64,000 nucleotides of DNA from the human T2T-CHM13v2.0 reference genome, Homo sapiens (GCF_009914755.1 NC_060936.1), one strand, 5' to 3'; shown: positions 1 through 14,329, counted from the stretch's first letter. Notes: generated by a model from the letters alone, not told the origin. Numbers and translations are program-made.

Positions 1-2129
1 GGACTGCAATGTGAGAGATTATAGTATACTGTTTGCTACTGGGCTTGAATGATTATAGCAATACATCCAATGTCTATTCTAAACAGAAATGAATCAAAGA
101 ATGAATAAATGGAAGATATCTCATCAAGACAGGAAAATAATGGTAGCCAAATGAGATTCATATTTGGAGAAAAAGCATGGAGGGCAATCATATTCACACT
201 TTGGGTTACTTATCATTTCTAAGTCTTATTTTTGCTGAAAAAGATAAAAACCACTCTAACCTCTTTGCCTGTGGCTCAATGTAGATCCAATTTTGAACAT
301 TTCTTCCACAAAGTGTTTGAGTAAAGGGTTGTAAATAAAAATAAAAATTTATTTTGTAACCTGCCAGTTAAAAATGTTCTTTCTCTTTAATGATTTTCCC
401 AATATGTTAGCTAAAGAATGATTTACTCCCATTTGCCTACCCTTAAGTTTTCCTGCCCTTCCAGAAGTAGTTCTTTTCTCTGTCTATTTTTTTCACTTGG
501 ACATTCTTGGCATTCCTTTGCAGAGAAACACAGACCCAAGTTTCAGAGCCTCAACAGGTGATCCACACTTCCCACAAGACTAATGGCAGGGTGGAAGGTA
601 TGCGCATCTTTTAGTCTTCTCAAGAGCACCCATCTTTTCTTTTTTCCCCAATATTCAGGTTTTGGTCTCTAGTTTCAAGCCCAAGATGGAACACAGTCTG
701 ACAGGCTCCTACCTTCTTGAAGCATTAGTATTCCTTCTTCTATCTGTCTTCTTTCTTCGAAGGTTCAGACATGACTAGAAAGTAAGTCAATTCTGTTGCC
801 AGCTCCCTCCTGCTTTCTTTCTTCCTTTATCCTCTCTTCCTCCAGAATGTCCCCACTCTGACAACCTTCTGAGATTTTGGATCTTTCTCTCCCCATCAAC
901 ATCATCTGATGCAGCTTGGCCAGTAATCTCATTTTCTCACATTCAAGGGCAGTTCATCTGTAAAATAGTTAAACTACATTATTGATAACTGTTAATCATA
1001 TATTAAAATCACTCACTCTTCCTAAAGTGGTAAATGTATGAAATTGTGACACCTTTACAGAGGTGAAAGGATCTCTTAAGAAGCAGTCATTTTGCACTGT
1101 GAACATTTATGTACTTGATTCAGGTGATGGCCTTCTCTGGAACATGGTGGGCTTAGTCTTGCCAATCAAACACTTGACCAGTAAATTACTTCCTTCAGTC
1201 TCTCCTTTAAGACTAAAAAGTACTCATTACTTTCCTCATGTTTCTATATTGGATTTTTGTTCTTCTGTTTTTTAAAGCTAGAAAAGATCAAATCAACTCT
1301 AAAGAATCTATTATAAAATGTCATCTATTAATGCCCCTAAAATGTTTTTTTGCACAAAAGATGAAACATTTCAATCAAAAGTATGGCCCCAAAGTAACCA
1401 TGGAGAAATATGCTGCCCATACATTAAGGAAGGAGTGAGGGATACTGTTTGAAGTCTGGTATTTTATCTTATAACATATAAGATCTTAGCATTAACTCTT
1501 GTACCAAGTGGCCCTTGTCCAACATGTGTGTTTATATTGGCGTCTCTTTAGAATTTTTTTTGTAAACACTGCCAACTCATCATAACTTTGCTTTTAGCAT
1601 CTTCTAAAAGAGGTAAGCAACATAATAACATTGCTTATGATACATATAAAAACACTTTCTTGTAAGTGCTAAGAGTCCTAGATTTACAAAAAATCTTGTA
1701 AACTTAAGAACACGGACTATATACAAAATATAAAGTAAGAGTTGTACTAGACATTCAAATACTTATAGTATTTTCCCTATCTTGTAAAAAGATACACTTT
1801 TTAGTGTTGTTAGAATGCCTTAAGAATCATGGCCTCTTGGGTTTAAATTTATGTAAAAAACTACACAGTTTCCATTTTCTGGTTTATTTTGTCCTGGGTG
1901 TGTCATTGGAAAGGATAGCTTAGAACTTAATGACAATGGGAATCCAAAAAGCTGGTTCAAACAATTTTAGGGTTTCAATAGCAGTTTCAAGTGATACCAC
2001 AGTTTGTGTATGAAGTCACTCAGGGCACAGAAACTAAGAAACTAATTTATGCATCAGAGCATCAATTTACTATGCACCTAATAAGGATCGGATCCAAGAC
2101 TAACCACATTAAAACAGAGTATCTGTAAT

Positions 2130-2308
2130 CTGCACAACAATCCTAGAACACAGGGATGTTTGCTCTGATTTTATAGATGGAGAAGCAGGTAGAGAGGTAA
2201 AACAACTGGCTTAAGGATACAGAGTCCTCAGATTTCAAAGGAGGGATTTGAGACTTAGTCTGCTGGCTCCCAAATTAATGTTCTTGCCACTAAACCAGGC
2301 TGCTTCCT
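2130..2308 (-). mobile_element. MIR SINE fragment
   Basis: ttttatagatggagaagc...agaggtaaaacaactggcttaagg...ggatttgagacttagtctg resembles the reverse-complement MIR core. Confidence 0.6.
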
Positions 2309-2519
2309 TATAATTAGGAAAGTTGTGCTCCTGAACAAGTGTTTGGTTTTTCCAAATATGGGATCTGCTTTGCAATTTGTCCATGTTGATATCAGTAGCC
2401 CTAGTTCATTCATTTCTTTCTCTAAGTTTAATAGCTATAGCTAAATTATTCTTCAAAGCCATTGTGCCAAATTATACTGTGAATACCAATGTATAAGCAT
2501 CTCCTTTTTTCCATACTCT

Positions 2520-3000
2520 TGCTGTGGCAACACACTACTAGTTGCCTATCCAATACCCATTTTTCATTCTTTTCTTAGAAACTTGGCTTTCTTTCCCCCT
2601 AGCAGTAAGGTATCCAACTTCAAAAAATATATTTCCCAGCCTCTTTTGGTAACTAGATGTAGCTATGTGACACAGTTCTTGCCAAGAAGATACAATCAGA
2701 ATCTGTTGGAGATTCACAAAAAGTTTTTCATCTCTCAGATAGGTCTTGGCCCTTCTTTTGCTGCTTTCTTCATTTTAGACTATCCTGGAGTGCAGACATG
2801 AGGTTAGAGATAGAACAGTGATTTTGAATCCATGGGATATCAGTTTGAGGGTGAAAGACCTACAGTATGAAAGATGTAACAGAACATAAAAGGATCCAGG
2901 GATGCAGATGGAGCTGCTGCATTGGCTAAGGACAGCCAATCTCTGTACTTCTGCTTAATGAGACGAGGAAACTCTTATTTAATAGAAATCCTTGTATGCA
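2520..3000 (+). mobile_element. MLT1 (J/I-like) MaLR solo LTR
   Basis: tatttcccagcctc...tagatgtagctatgtgacacagttcttgccaagaagat is typical of old MLT1 LTRs; boundaries approximate. Confidence 0.6.
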
Positions 3001-6000
3001 AACATTTATTAAGAAAAAAATTACCACTCTGACTATTTCTCTTACTTCCTTGCCAGGTTATGGGTGTTTTTTAAAACATGATTCTTATACTTTATCCAGC
3101 ATCTTGGGCATTTTATGCTTGAAGATGTCAGAATATCTAATCACCATTTTGCCAAAAAATGAAGTCTCTTTAACTTTGAACTTTAATTAAATCAACACTT
3201 CGCATGTTAGTTTGAAAAAAAATAAGGTTCATAGTAATTCAAATAGTGGCTTGTTTTAAAAGCTTTTTCCCTCCTTTCATATTGATTGATCTTCTACTTT
3301 CCAATTCTATTTTATGGGAATATGATACTAAAATTTTTTGTGAATTCCCTAACAAAACAAGCTAGGAGGAGAAGTATTTCTGGAGTGACAGAATGAGAGG
3401 CTCTTCTGATGCTCTCTCCAGTGAAACAACTATAACTGGTGAAAATCATTTAAAAACCAACCATGTAAAGTCTCTGGAAATTGTCCTAAGGACATATAGC
3501 AAATGGGGAAACACTGACTTGGGAAAAGCTATTAAATCTGAGTTAGAGGAGTAAGATTCTGTGCCATTTGAGCCATCACCCATTCTTTTCCACCCCAACC
3601 CCAGTACAGTGTGATGGAAGTTCTACTCTGGGTTTGTGCAACCAAGGTATGACTCTCTGTTCCTTCTGCTCCTAGTCTAGGGTTACATTTTCTCTCAATG
3701 CAGAAAGGGCTACCAGCGTGTCTCATCATCCTCTGTTCTGTGTTGCAGAAACTCTATCCAGGCAGCCATTGAGGTCTGGGACTCTTTTCTCTAACCAACT
3801 CTCGTTCATAAGATGAGGAATTCTATGAGTTTTTTCACAGAGCAGAGGTTCCACACTGGGAAAGGAAAGCCAAGAAGGCCAAGGGGCTACTGCCCTACCT
3901 AGCACCCTACTTAGAGATTAGGCATATTACTCTGAGACAAGCAGGCCATTATGTAGGTCCTGCACAGGAAGAGAAGCAGACTGTAAGCATAGAGAGATCC
4001 ATAGCTCACATCATGGTGACTGGGTTTATTTTGAACAGAGTTTGGGGAAGTTCAAGCCTAAGAATGCTGTGAATTCAAAAAAAATGAAGAAGATTTTGGT
4101 GGTAAGCAATTAAGGAAAGGCAGGTAGCTCCATGAGAACAAGTGAAATAGTAGGTTAGCTAGAAGTTTAACAGAGAATCAGGGAAAGAGAGCCTAGAAGA
4201 GTCCTCCCGGGGTCTGACCAAGCTGTGAAGATTGGCCTCAAAGACCATCTTTGTAAAAGAGATGATATTCCTTGGTTCAGAGTGTGAAGTAATTTGTGCC
4301 CCTGAACATTATCAAAAAAGAACAATCAGCTAGCAATTATGAAAGTTCAATAGCTAGAAAGTTATGACACCAGAGGCAGACCACTTAGAAGCTTTGCATG
4401 GACAAGGAAAGAGAAAGTCAAAGAGATTCCAGCTAAAACCATTGTCATCCCTCAGCATGTAGGATGTAGAGTGGCTATGCACATGCCCAGGACTGTGCCA
4501 TCCAAGGAACAAAGTCAGAGGCTGAACACTGAAGTGAAACTAGAATTAGCTAAAATAGTCCAGCAAGTTCACTAAGCAACTAAACCAGCAAACAATTAGA
4601 GTAAGTTCAAAGTTGGTGGGAGGAAGATCAGTATCGAGTTTTTATGCTGAGTTTTCAATGCAAAATGGTGAAGCATACAAAGAAACAGGGAAGCATGACT
4701 GATACATAGGAAGAAAAACAGGCAGCAGAGACTACTTTTGAAAGGGCCCAAATGTTGGACTTAACTAAGACTCCAAAGCAGCTATTACAAATATGTTCAA
4801 GGAATTTAAACAAACCATGCTTAAAGAATTAAAGGAAGATATAATTATACTGCCTCATCAAACAGAGACTATCAATAAATATATAGAAATTATTTTTTTA
4901 AAGAGGTAAATGGAAGTTTAGGGGGTTAAAAGTGTAATAACCAAAATAAAAACTTACTAGGGAGGTTAAATTCAAACTTCCAGTTGACAGAAGAAATAAT
5001 CAATGAACTTGAAGGCAGATCAGTAGAGTGTATGCAATCTGAAGAAAAGAGAGAAGAGTGAAAAAACAAAAAACAACTTCAGAGAAATGTGGAATACCAT
5101 CAAGTATAATTGAAGAACTGAACTCCAAATGATGGTGAATACAAAGAGATCCACATTCAGATACATTATAGTTAAAAGGTTGAAAGACAAAGAGAAAAAT
5201 CCTAAAAACAGCAAGAGAAAAATCACACACCACATTAGCAATAAGACCAATAGCTGATTCATCATCAGAACCAATGGATGCCAGAAGGCAGTGGGATGAC
5301 ATATTCAAAGGGCTAAAAGAAAAATATTATAAACCAAAAATCCTATCTTAAGAAACACGCTTTCAAAAATGAAGTCAAAGACATTTCCATATACAAAAAA
5401 ACTGAGGTAAATTTTGGTTATCAAAAACTACTTTACAAGGTATGCAAAAGAAAGTTCTTCAGGCTGAAGGCAAGTGACATCAGAGAGTAATTCTGTCTGA
5501 TGTCTGTCATTCTGTCAATTCAAAGCTTGAATTTAATCTCTCTAGTAAGTTTTTATTTTGGTTATTATTGCTTTTAATCCACATTTTTAAAAAAGTGTTG
5601 GGAAAGGTAATTATGTAGGTAACTGTAAAGACACTATAATTAGACTTTTTTCTCCCTTATTCCTTGAACAGATTTAAAAAGAAGTTGTATAAAACAATAT
5701 GTATGTATTTTGTTGAATCTACAATATATAAACATATAACATATTTGCAGTAACAGCACAAAGTTGTATTAGAGTAAGAAAATGACAACAGAGAGTAACT
5801 GAAATCCACAGGAAGAAATGAAGAAAACCAGAAATAGAAATGAGAAGTTTAATATAACAAACTCTATAAATATATAGTTGCTCCCCTTTCTTCTTTAACT
5901 TCTTTAGAGGACATAAAATTGTACAAAGTAATAATTATCTCAATACATTTTATGTACCTGATATGCATAACAATAGTAGCACAAAAGGAGAGGCATTTAT

Positions 6001-6021
6001 ATTTATTTAAAGCATTTTTTT

Positions 6022-6318
<297 letters not shown>

Positions 6319-7022
6319 TTAACATTGTTATATCTCACTGTAATTAAGTAGTATAAATCTGAGGTATATTCTGATAAGTTAAAATCTGTATTGTAAGTCA
6401 AAGAGCAATCACTAAGGAAGTAACCCAACAAAAAGTGTAGTAAAAACAATTTATAAAAATTAAAATAAAATACACTTGCTCTCCTTTCTTCTCTCAGTTT
6501 CTTCCATGACAAAAAACTATTTAAAGTAATAATTATAACAATATATCATTGGGTTTGTAACATAGCCATAGTATGTATAGCAATGAGAGCATGAAAAGAG
6601 GGAGGAAAAAATAGGGCTATATATGAATACATTTTTTATCTCACTAGAATTTAATATAAATCTGAAATATATCCTGGCAAGTTAATTTGTATATTGTAAA
6701 ACCTACAACAACTACTAAGAAAATTACTTTAAAAAAAGAGTGTGTTTGGTTTGTCAGCACATATACTAAAAGCACAGTGCAATAATAAAATGATTAAAAG
6801 ATATACCAAAATTATTAATAAAATTAATGAAAAAAGCAAAGGAAGAACAGAAGAATAAAAAAGATATGAAAAGTAGATAAAATAGAAAATATAAATTTAA
6901 ACATACCAATAGTAACATCAAGTATGAATGGATTAAACAATCCAGTCAAAAACCAAAGATTATGAGACTGGATTAAAACTAACAAATAAAAAAATCCAAT
7001 TATATGTTGTCTGCAAAAGTCA

Positions 7023-7335
<313 letters not shown>

Positions 7336-8297
7336 CAAAAGTCACATTTTGGATTCAAAAATACAAACATATTGAAAGAAAAATCTTGGAAAAAAATATA
7401 CCATACAAGTAGAAACCATAAGACAGCTGGAGTGACTATACTTTTATTGGACAAGCAAACTTATATGAAAAATGTTACTAGAGATAAAAGAACATTTTAT
7501 AATAAAATTGTTAATCCATCAAGTATATATAATAAATTTTAACGTATATACACATAACAACGATGTCCCAAAATTCATTTAAAAATCTGATGGAATTGAA
7601 GACAGAAATAGCATATTGAACAAAAATAGTTAAATATTCCACTTTCAATACTGGATAGAACAATTAGGCAGAAGATCAACAAGTCTATAGAAGACTTGAA
7701 CAACAGTATAAATGAAGTAAACCTAATAGAAATCTCTGGAACATTTCTTTCAACAATAGCAGAATACACATTCTTCTCAAGCACACATGGTAATTTCTCT
7801 AAGACATATCATATACCGGTACATAAAACAAGACTGATGAATTTGAAAGGTTGAAATCATAAAAAGTATATCTCCAACCACAATCAAATAAATGAGAAAT
7901 CTATAATAGAAGGAAATTTGGGAAATTCAAAATTACATTGAAATTAAACAATGTACTTCTAAATAATAACGAATGGGTCAAAAATAAAGTACCAAGGAAA
8001 TTAGAAAATGCTTTAAGATGAATAAAAGTGAAAATATGTCCAAACTCAGGGAATGCAGTGCTTAGAGGGAAATTTATAGCTGTAAATGCCTATTTGAATA
8101 GAAAGATTTCAAATCAATAACCTAAACTCCCATTTTAGACACACCGGAAAAGGAGAGCAAACTAAACCTAATGTCAGTAGAAAGGAGGTAAAAAATAAAG
8201 AATAGAACACAAATTAGTTAAATAGATAGTGGAAGTATAGTAGATACAATCAATGAAACCAAATGTCAGTTTTTGCAAAGATCAACAAAATTGATCT

Positions 8298-8612
8298 TTG
8301 ACTGACCAAGAAAATAACAGAGAGGACTCAAATTATTATACTAAAATCCGGAATGAAAGAAAGGCGATCACTACTGATCTTACTGAAATAAAAATGATTA
8401 AAAGAGAATACTATGAAGAACTGTATGCCACTAAGTTATGTAATTTAGCTAAAATGACCAAATTCCTAGAAAGGCACAAACTATTAAAACTGACTCAAGA
8501 AGAAAGAAAACTAATTAGATCTATAACAAGTAAAGAGGTTGAATTCATAATTTTTAAACTTCCCACAAACAAAAGCTCTGGCCCAGATGGCTTTACTGGT
8601 GAATTCCACTAA
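8298..8612 (+). pseudogene. L1 ORF2p remnant (region between EN and RT domains)
   Basis: Translation ITTDLTEIKMIKREYYEELYA...LPTNKSSGPDGFTGEF matches L1 ORF2p; flanks are frameshifted. Confidence 0.85.
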
Positions 8613-8661
8613 AGAAATAATACCTGTTCTTCACAAATATTTCCAAAAAATAGTAATGGAG

Positions 8662-9093
8662 TGCTGTAGACTAAAATTCATATGTTAAATACTAACAAAA
8701 TTCCTGTGTTAAATCCTGATGTGATAGTCTTAGGTGGTGGGGCCATTGAGAGGTGATTAGGTGATGAAAGTAAAGCTCTCATGAGTGATAGTCTTAGGTG
8801 GTGGGGCCATTGAGAGGTGATTAGGTGATGAAAGTAAAGCTCTCATGAATGGGATTAGTGCCCTCATAAAAGAAGTGCCAGAGGACTCCCTCATCCCTTC
8901 CATTATGTGAAAGTTATAGTGAGAAGGCAGCTGCATATGAGAATCAGGAAGTAGGCCCTCAATAGGCACCAAATATGCCATTTTTTAAAATCTTGAATTT
9001 CCTAGCCTCCTGAACTCTCAGAAGTAAATTTCTATTGTTTATAAGCCACTTAGTCTATGGCATTTTGTTATAGCTGCCCAAATAAACTAATCA
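8662..9093 (+). mobile_element. MLT1A/MLT1A0 LTR inserted in L1 ORF2
   Basis: tg...ca termini; ctcatgaatgggattagtgccctcataaaaga and taaatttctattgtttataagccac motifs. Confidence 0.88.
8721..8848. repeat. Perfect 2 x 64-bp tandem duplication
   Basis: 8721-8784 and 8785-8848 are identical. Confidence 0.97.
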
Positions 9094-9216
9094 AAGAAGG
9101 AACGCTTTTCAACTCTTTCCACGTGGCCAGCATTTTTCTTACATATATGATAGGAATTTTCAAACAGATTATATAAGGAACTCTTACAACTCAATAATAA
9201 AAGTGCAAATAACTCA

Positions 9217-9565
<349 letters not shown>

Positions 9566-9866
9566 CTAAGAAGGTATTTTCCCAAAGATCATTGGCCAAT
9601 ATGCACTCTGTATATGTAGAGCTGATACTAAACAATGTTATCCATTAGACAAACTGAAACCACGATGAGATACCTCTGATACCCACAATGATGGCTAAAA
9701 TTAAAAAGACAGTTGATAATAAATGTTGGCAAGAGTGTTAAGAAACTGGAACTCTCACACATTGCAAGTGGAAAGGTAAAATGGTTCAGCCACTTTGGAA
9801 AACAGTCTAAGACTTCCTCAAAGTTTAAACAGAATTAACATATGACCCAACAATTCTACTGCTAGG

Positions 9867-10643
9867 TTTTGGAAAAAATGTGCTGGACATTTGTTAAAAG
9901 TGGCAAGACAGATTTTATTTGAGCTATTACAATAGTGATATGGTTTGACTGTGCCCCACCCAAATCTCATCTTTAACTGTAGCTCCCATAATTCCCACAT
10001 GTTGTGGGAGGGACCAGGTGGGAGGTAATTGAATCATGGGGGTGGGTCTTTCCGGTACTGTTCCTGTGATAGTGAATAAATCTCGCGAGATTTGATGGTT
10101 TTTTAAAGGGGAGTTCCCCTACACAAACTGTCTTGCCCGAGACCATGTAAAACATAACTTTGCTTCTCATTTGCCTTCAGCCATGATTGTGAGGTCTCCC
10201 CAGCCATGTGGAGCTGTGAGTCAATTAAACCTCTTTATAAATTACTTGGTATGTCTTTATTAGCAGTGTAAGAATGGACTAATACAAGTAGGGATAAAGA
10301 CTTCAGTACAGAACTGAGCTAAACTCCGACTACAGCAAAAGTCACCAGATGAGCAGAGCAAAGGGGTCAGTAGACAGAAAAATTACTGAAAGGAATTTGA
10401 TGAGAGACATCAGGAAGTGGATTCCTGCAAAGTAGCTTAACAGGATTGCTAAAGATTGGTCAAAAACTTGGATATCAAGGGTGAAGAATGAGGAACTTGA
10501 TTAGATATGAAGGGCGGGAAAGCTTCTTGCTAAACTGACTTACATGTATTCTTTGCTAAAACTGAACTGGGCAAGGGCAGAGTGGCAGGCCAAGAAGGCT
10601 CAGAAAAACATGAGAAGGTTGCCTAAGGAGAGAGTCTCTGTCA
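9867..10643 (-). mobile_element. MER31/MER67-like ERV1 solo LTR, split by THE1
   Basis: Minus strand begins tgacagagactctctcctt and contains cagttttagcaaagaat...taagtcagtttagcaaga; L1 3' sequence resumes on both sides. Confidence 0.7.
9936..10286 (+). mobile_element. THE1 (B/C-like) solo LTR
   Basis: tgatatggtttg...gactaataca termini; 5-bp TSD aatag/agtag. Confidence 0.93.
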
Positions 10644-11399
10644 GCATATACTCAAGAGAAATGAAAACACATCCATAGAAAATCTTGTACATGAAAGTTC
10701 ATATAAGCATCATTTGTAATAGACAATTGATAGTTCCTTCAATTGATGAGTGGATAAATGTGGTTATCTACACAATGGAATATTATTTTCCAATAAAGAG
10801 GAATAAAGTTACAAGATTGGTCAGCCTTGAAAATATGCTCAGTGAAAGAAGCCCTTCTCAAAGAACCACATATTTAATGATTCTATTTATATGAAACATC
10901 CAGAATTGGCAACTCTATAGAAACAGAAAGTAGATCTGTGTTGACTAAGTCTGAGAGTCAGGGAGGTGGAGTTGAGGGATTAATTGATAATGGTACAGGA
11001 TTTTTTGGTGGGGAGGGTAATAAAATGTCTAATTCATTGCGATGGTATTTGCACAACTCTGAATATACTGAAAACTATTGAATTGTAAACTTTAAATGAG
11101 CGATTTGTATAGCATATGACTTATATCTCAATAAAGTTGTTTTTACAATCCTTAGGAAAGTTGGCTGCTAAAGGATACATTACATTTTTAAATAATTGCA
11201 TAACTTTTTTCTCTGTTGAACATAAATTGATAGAATTTATTCATCTCATGACTGATATACTCTAATAGAGTAGAAATGAAAAGAAACACAGATCAAAAGA
11301 ATCACATTTATGCATCCTAACTGACAGTTCACATGATGAATTGTGAAACACTGATAGCTTCTTCCTCTTGATGATTATGCAGACACAATGGGATGCATC

Positions 11400-11565
11400 T
11401 TAAGCAGGGGACCTTGGAAATCTATTTAAAAGCTTCACTTATCCCGTTTTATGAATATAGAAAGTAGGAGGACTTACAAGATGAAATGACCTATCCAAAG
11501 CTCCAGGATTTTGGAGCCTGAACTGTAACCCAGGGCTTTTGCTTCCTAGGCTTGGGTTCTTCATC
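11400..11565 (-). mobile_element. MIR fragment
   Basis: Degenerate reverse MIR core (cccgttttatgaa...tgacctatccaaag...aacccagg). Confidence 0.45.
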
Positions 11566-11726
11566 AGTTCAGATTATTACTGTAGTCATGATTAACCACA
11601 TTCAGTGATTCAGTTGTGCTTGTATTCAATCCAAATTCAATGTACGTGTGTCTAACAACCATAACTTCATCCCTAAAAACAGGATTTAGTCTACATCCCT
11701 TTCCTTTCTGATACAAGATTTCCTAT

Positions 11727-12087
11727 TGTTATGGAATGTTTCCGTTCCCTTCAAATTCATATGTTGAAGTCCTAACCTCCAATACGGTGGTACTAGCACA
11801 GGGGCCTTTGAGAAGCAATTAGGTAATGAGGATGGAGCCCTCATGAATGGGATTAGTGGCCTTATAAAAAGCATCCTATAGAGCTCTCTCACTTTGTTTT
11901 CACCATGTGAGGATACAACAAAAAGTCAGCAGGCTACAGCCTGGAAGAAGGCCCTCACCAGAACCTGACCAAGCTGACACCCTCATCTCAAACTTCCATC
12001 CTCTAGAACTGTGAGAAATAAATTTCTGTTGTTTATAAGCCACCAGTTTATGGTACTTTGTTATGGCAGCCTAAACTGTCTAAGACA
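11727..12087 (+). mobile_element. MLT1A/MLT1A0 solo LTR
   Basis: tgttatgg...ctaagaca termini; gccctcatgaatgggattagtg; TSD cctat/cctgt. Confidence 0.92.
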
Positions 12088-12529
12088 CCTGTCTTGTCAA
12101 TGAAACCACAATATATACTCAAGGACTCATTTATATTATTTTAAAAAGCATTATTGAGCTCATAGTATTTGCCAATTGCAGTAATATGCACTTGCTGTTC
12201 TCTGCATGGGACCATAAAGATGAATAAAATAGTTACTCTACAACCTGAGATACAGAGGTGGAAACAAAACACCACACAATAATGTAATAACAACAGAAAC
12301 AGATTAATAAGTAAAGTAATATGGGAACATAGAATAGGAAGCAACTAACTTTATTTAAAGGTAAGACAGTTCCTGAGAAAGTTACCAAGTGGAGAAGGCA
12401 GGAAAGGTATTCTAAGGAGAAGGAACAGAGTCTGTGCAAAAGAACAAAGTCATGGTAGAAAAATAGCCAGAAATGCAGTACAGGGGAGGAGAGCAGAGAA
12501 GTACCTGAAGAGGAGCTATCAGTTTTGTT

Positions 12530-12730
12530 TTCACTTTTTAAAAAATGAAACATAATATAAAAATAGAAAAAGGAATACATCTAAAGGTAGCCCCTGGTGA
12601 ATATTCAAAAAGAGAGCAGGCCCATGTAGCCAACAGACAGAATAAGAAACAGAACATTACCAACATCCCACAAGTCCTCCTCTGATCCTCCAGATACTAC
12701 CATCCTACAAAATGAACCACAATTCTATTA
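12530..12730 (-). mobile_element. L1ME-like 3' end fragment
   Basis: cccatgtagccaac...aagaaacagaacattaccaacatccca. Confidence 0.55.
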
Positions 12731-12914
12731 AAAGTTTTAAAAAGAGAATGACATAATCACTGTAGAGAATCAACTGAAATCCAAAGGAGATTAATGGAGT
12801 AAGAGAGAAAAAAAATTAGGAAACTATTGGAATACTTTAGGTAGGAGATAGGAATTTCATGTAATTCCAACACAGATGGAGAGAATAAGAGAAATTAGAT
12901 AAATATTTAAAGGC

Positions 12915-13080
12915 AATGTTTATGAAAACTGACTATCCATCAGAATTATTTGGGGAGCTTTAAACAAAATATAGAGCCAATCCCCACTAAATTTTCAGGT
13001 TTGAGTATCAGGAATAAGCATTTTAATAGCTGTCCTCCTATGTTTTCTCATGTGCCAACAGGTTTAGAACTCACTGACTT
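12915..13080. mobile_element. MER5-type hAT DNA transposon
   Basis: catcagaattatttggggagctttaaa...caggtttagaactcactg. Confidence 0.55.
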
Positions 13081-14329
13081 CAGAGACAGAACACAGGTCA
13101 TTGAGATAAATTAACTATAGGAAATGAGGAAAAGGAACAAGTCAAGAGAAACCAGAAAATTTCTGTCTCAGGCAGCTGGGAGGATGAGAACAAGCAAGTT
13201 GAGTTTTGAGATGACCCTGGAGCATTGTAAGTAAATAGATCATGAGCTCTTAGAATTATTAGCCTTAAATTAAGAATGGAGTATGATGAAGATTTGGGAA
13301 ATGTCTAATGTGTGTGGTAGTTGATCCAATTGTACTGAAAAGATTATTTACTTATTTGAACCATTCCTCAACTTCATTGGTGTAAATGAGAAGTGACTAC
13401 ACACATTTAGTTGTTTTGAACTAGATGGTCTTCACCCTTCTCTTCCACATGGAGTGTTAGGTGACCGAAGAGCTAGAAAATGTAGATTTCTGTGTCATCT
13501 TTGAGTATAAATTAATAACCATTAATCCTAATTCATTTCCTCCTGTTATAATCTCTCTCTAGTACTCTGAGATGAAGGGAGAAGTAATTGGAGAAAAATA
13601 TCAATGTTTCAGCATTATTCTACACACAGACACATTTTAGTTTGAGCTATTGGTGACTTTATATAATTAAGCAGTAGCATAAGATAGGCAACTTCTCTTC
13701 CATAGGTAATGAATATTAACAACTTGCTTTACAGGAAAAAGATTTAAAGGAAAGTTGCTTTACTCAAAATAGGAAAGACAGGAATTTCTTTGTCTCTTTG
13801 GTATGTGACTTGGAGGCTTCTTTCAATTTTACAAATATGCTTTGTTTAACCATTTGGAATTAAAGTAACACTATAATGAAGATAATTACAAGAAAAAATA
13901 TTGCAACTTAACTTCCAAATATTTTTGCTTTGAGGGTGTGTTAAGATATTTGAATAAGATTACAGCCCTAGCCCTAGAACTCTGCATTTTTGGTTTATAC
14001 TGAGAAACTAAATGCTGGATTGGAGAATTTTTCTGTTTCGCATTTATTGCTAAGTCAACTAAAACAAAGACTCTGTAATAAAACCTACTCTACCCTACTC
14101 TACTAAAGAGTCAGAAATCAGATAGGGTGGATCTGTAGTTTGTCCAGTGAGAGCAGATTCTTCAATTTAGGAAGACTTTAGGTGCTGAAATAGGTATGAA
14201 GGGCATCTATCTTTTTACCTCTTCCCCCTTCTCCTGATATTTATTGAATGAATAAGCTGATGAAGAAGTAATATATGAACTGGGGGGAAATAACAAGGTC
14301 CTGACCAACCAGGTATTGATCCAGCTACC

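Larger units (their letters stand above)
12125..13330 (-). mobile_element. L2 fragments, interrupted by an L1ME-like piece and MER5
   Basis: Reverse L2 3' end (cattattgagctc...gatgaataaaatagtt) followed by purine-rich L2 body; boundaries approximate. Confidence 0.55.

Noticed and set aside
8721-8848. Direct repeats as a CRISPR-like array
   Set aside because: Two abutting copies, no spacers, eukaryotic LTR context
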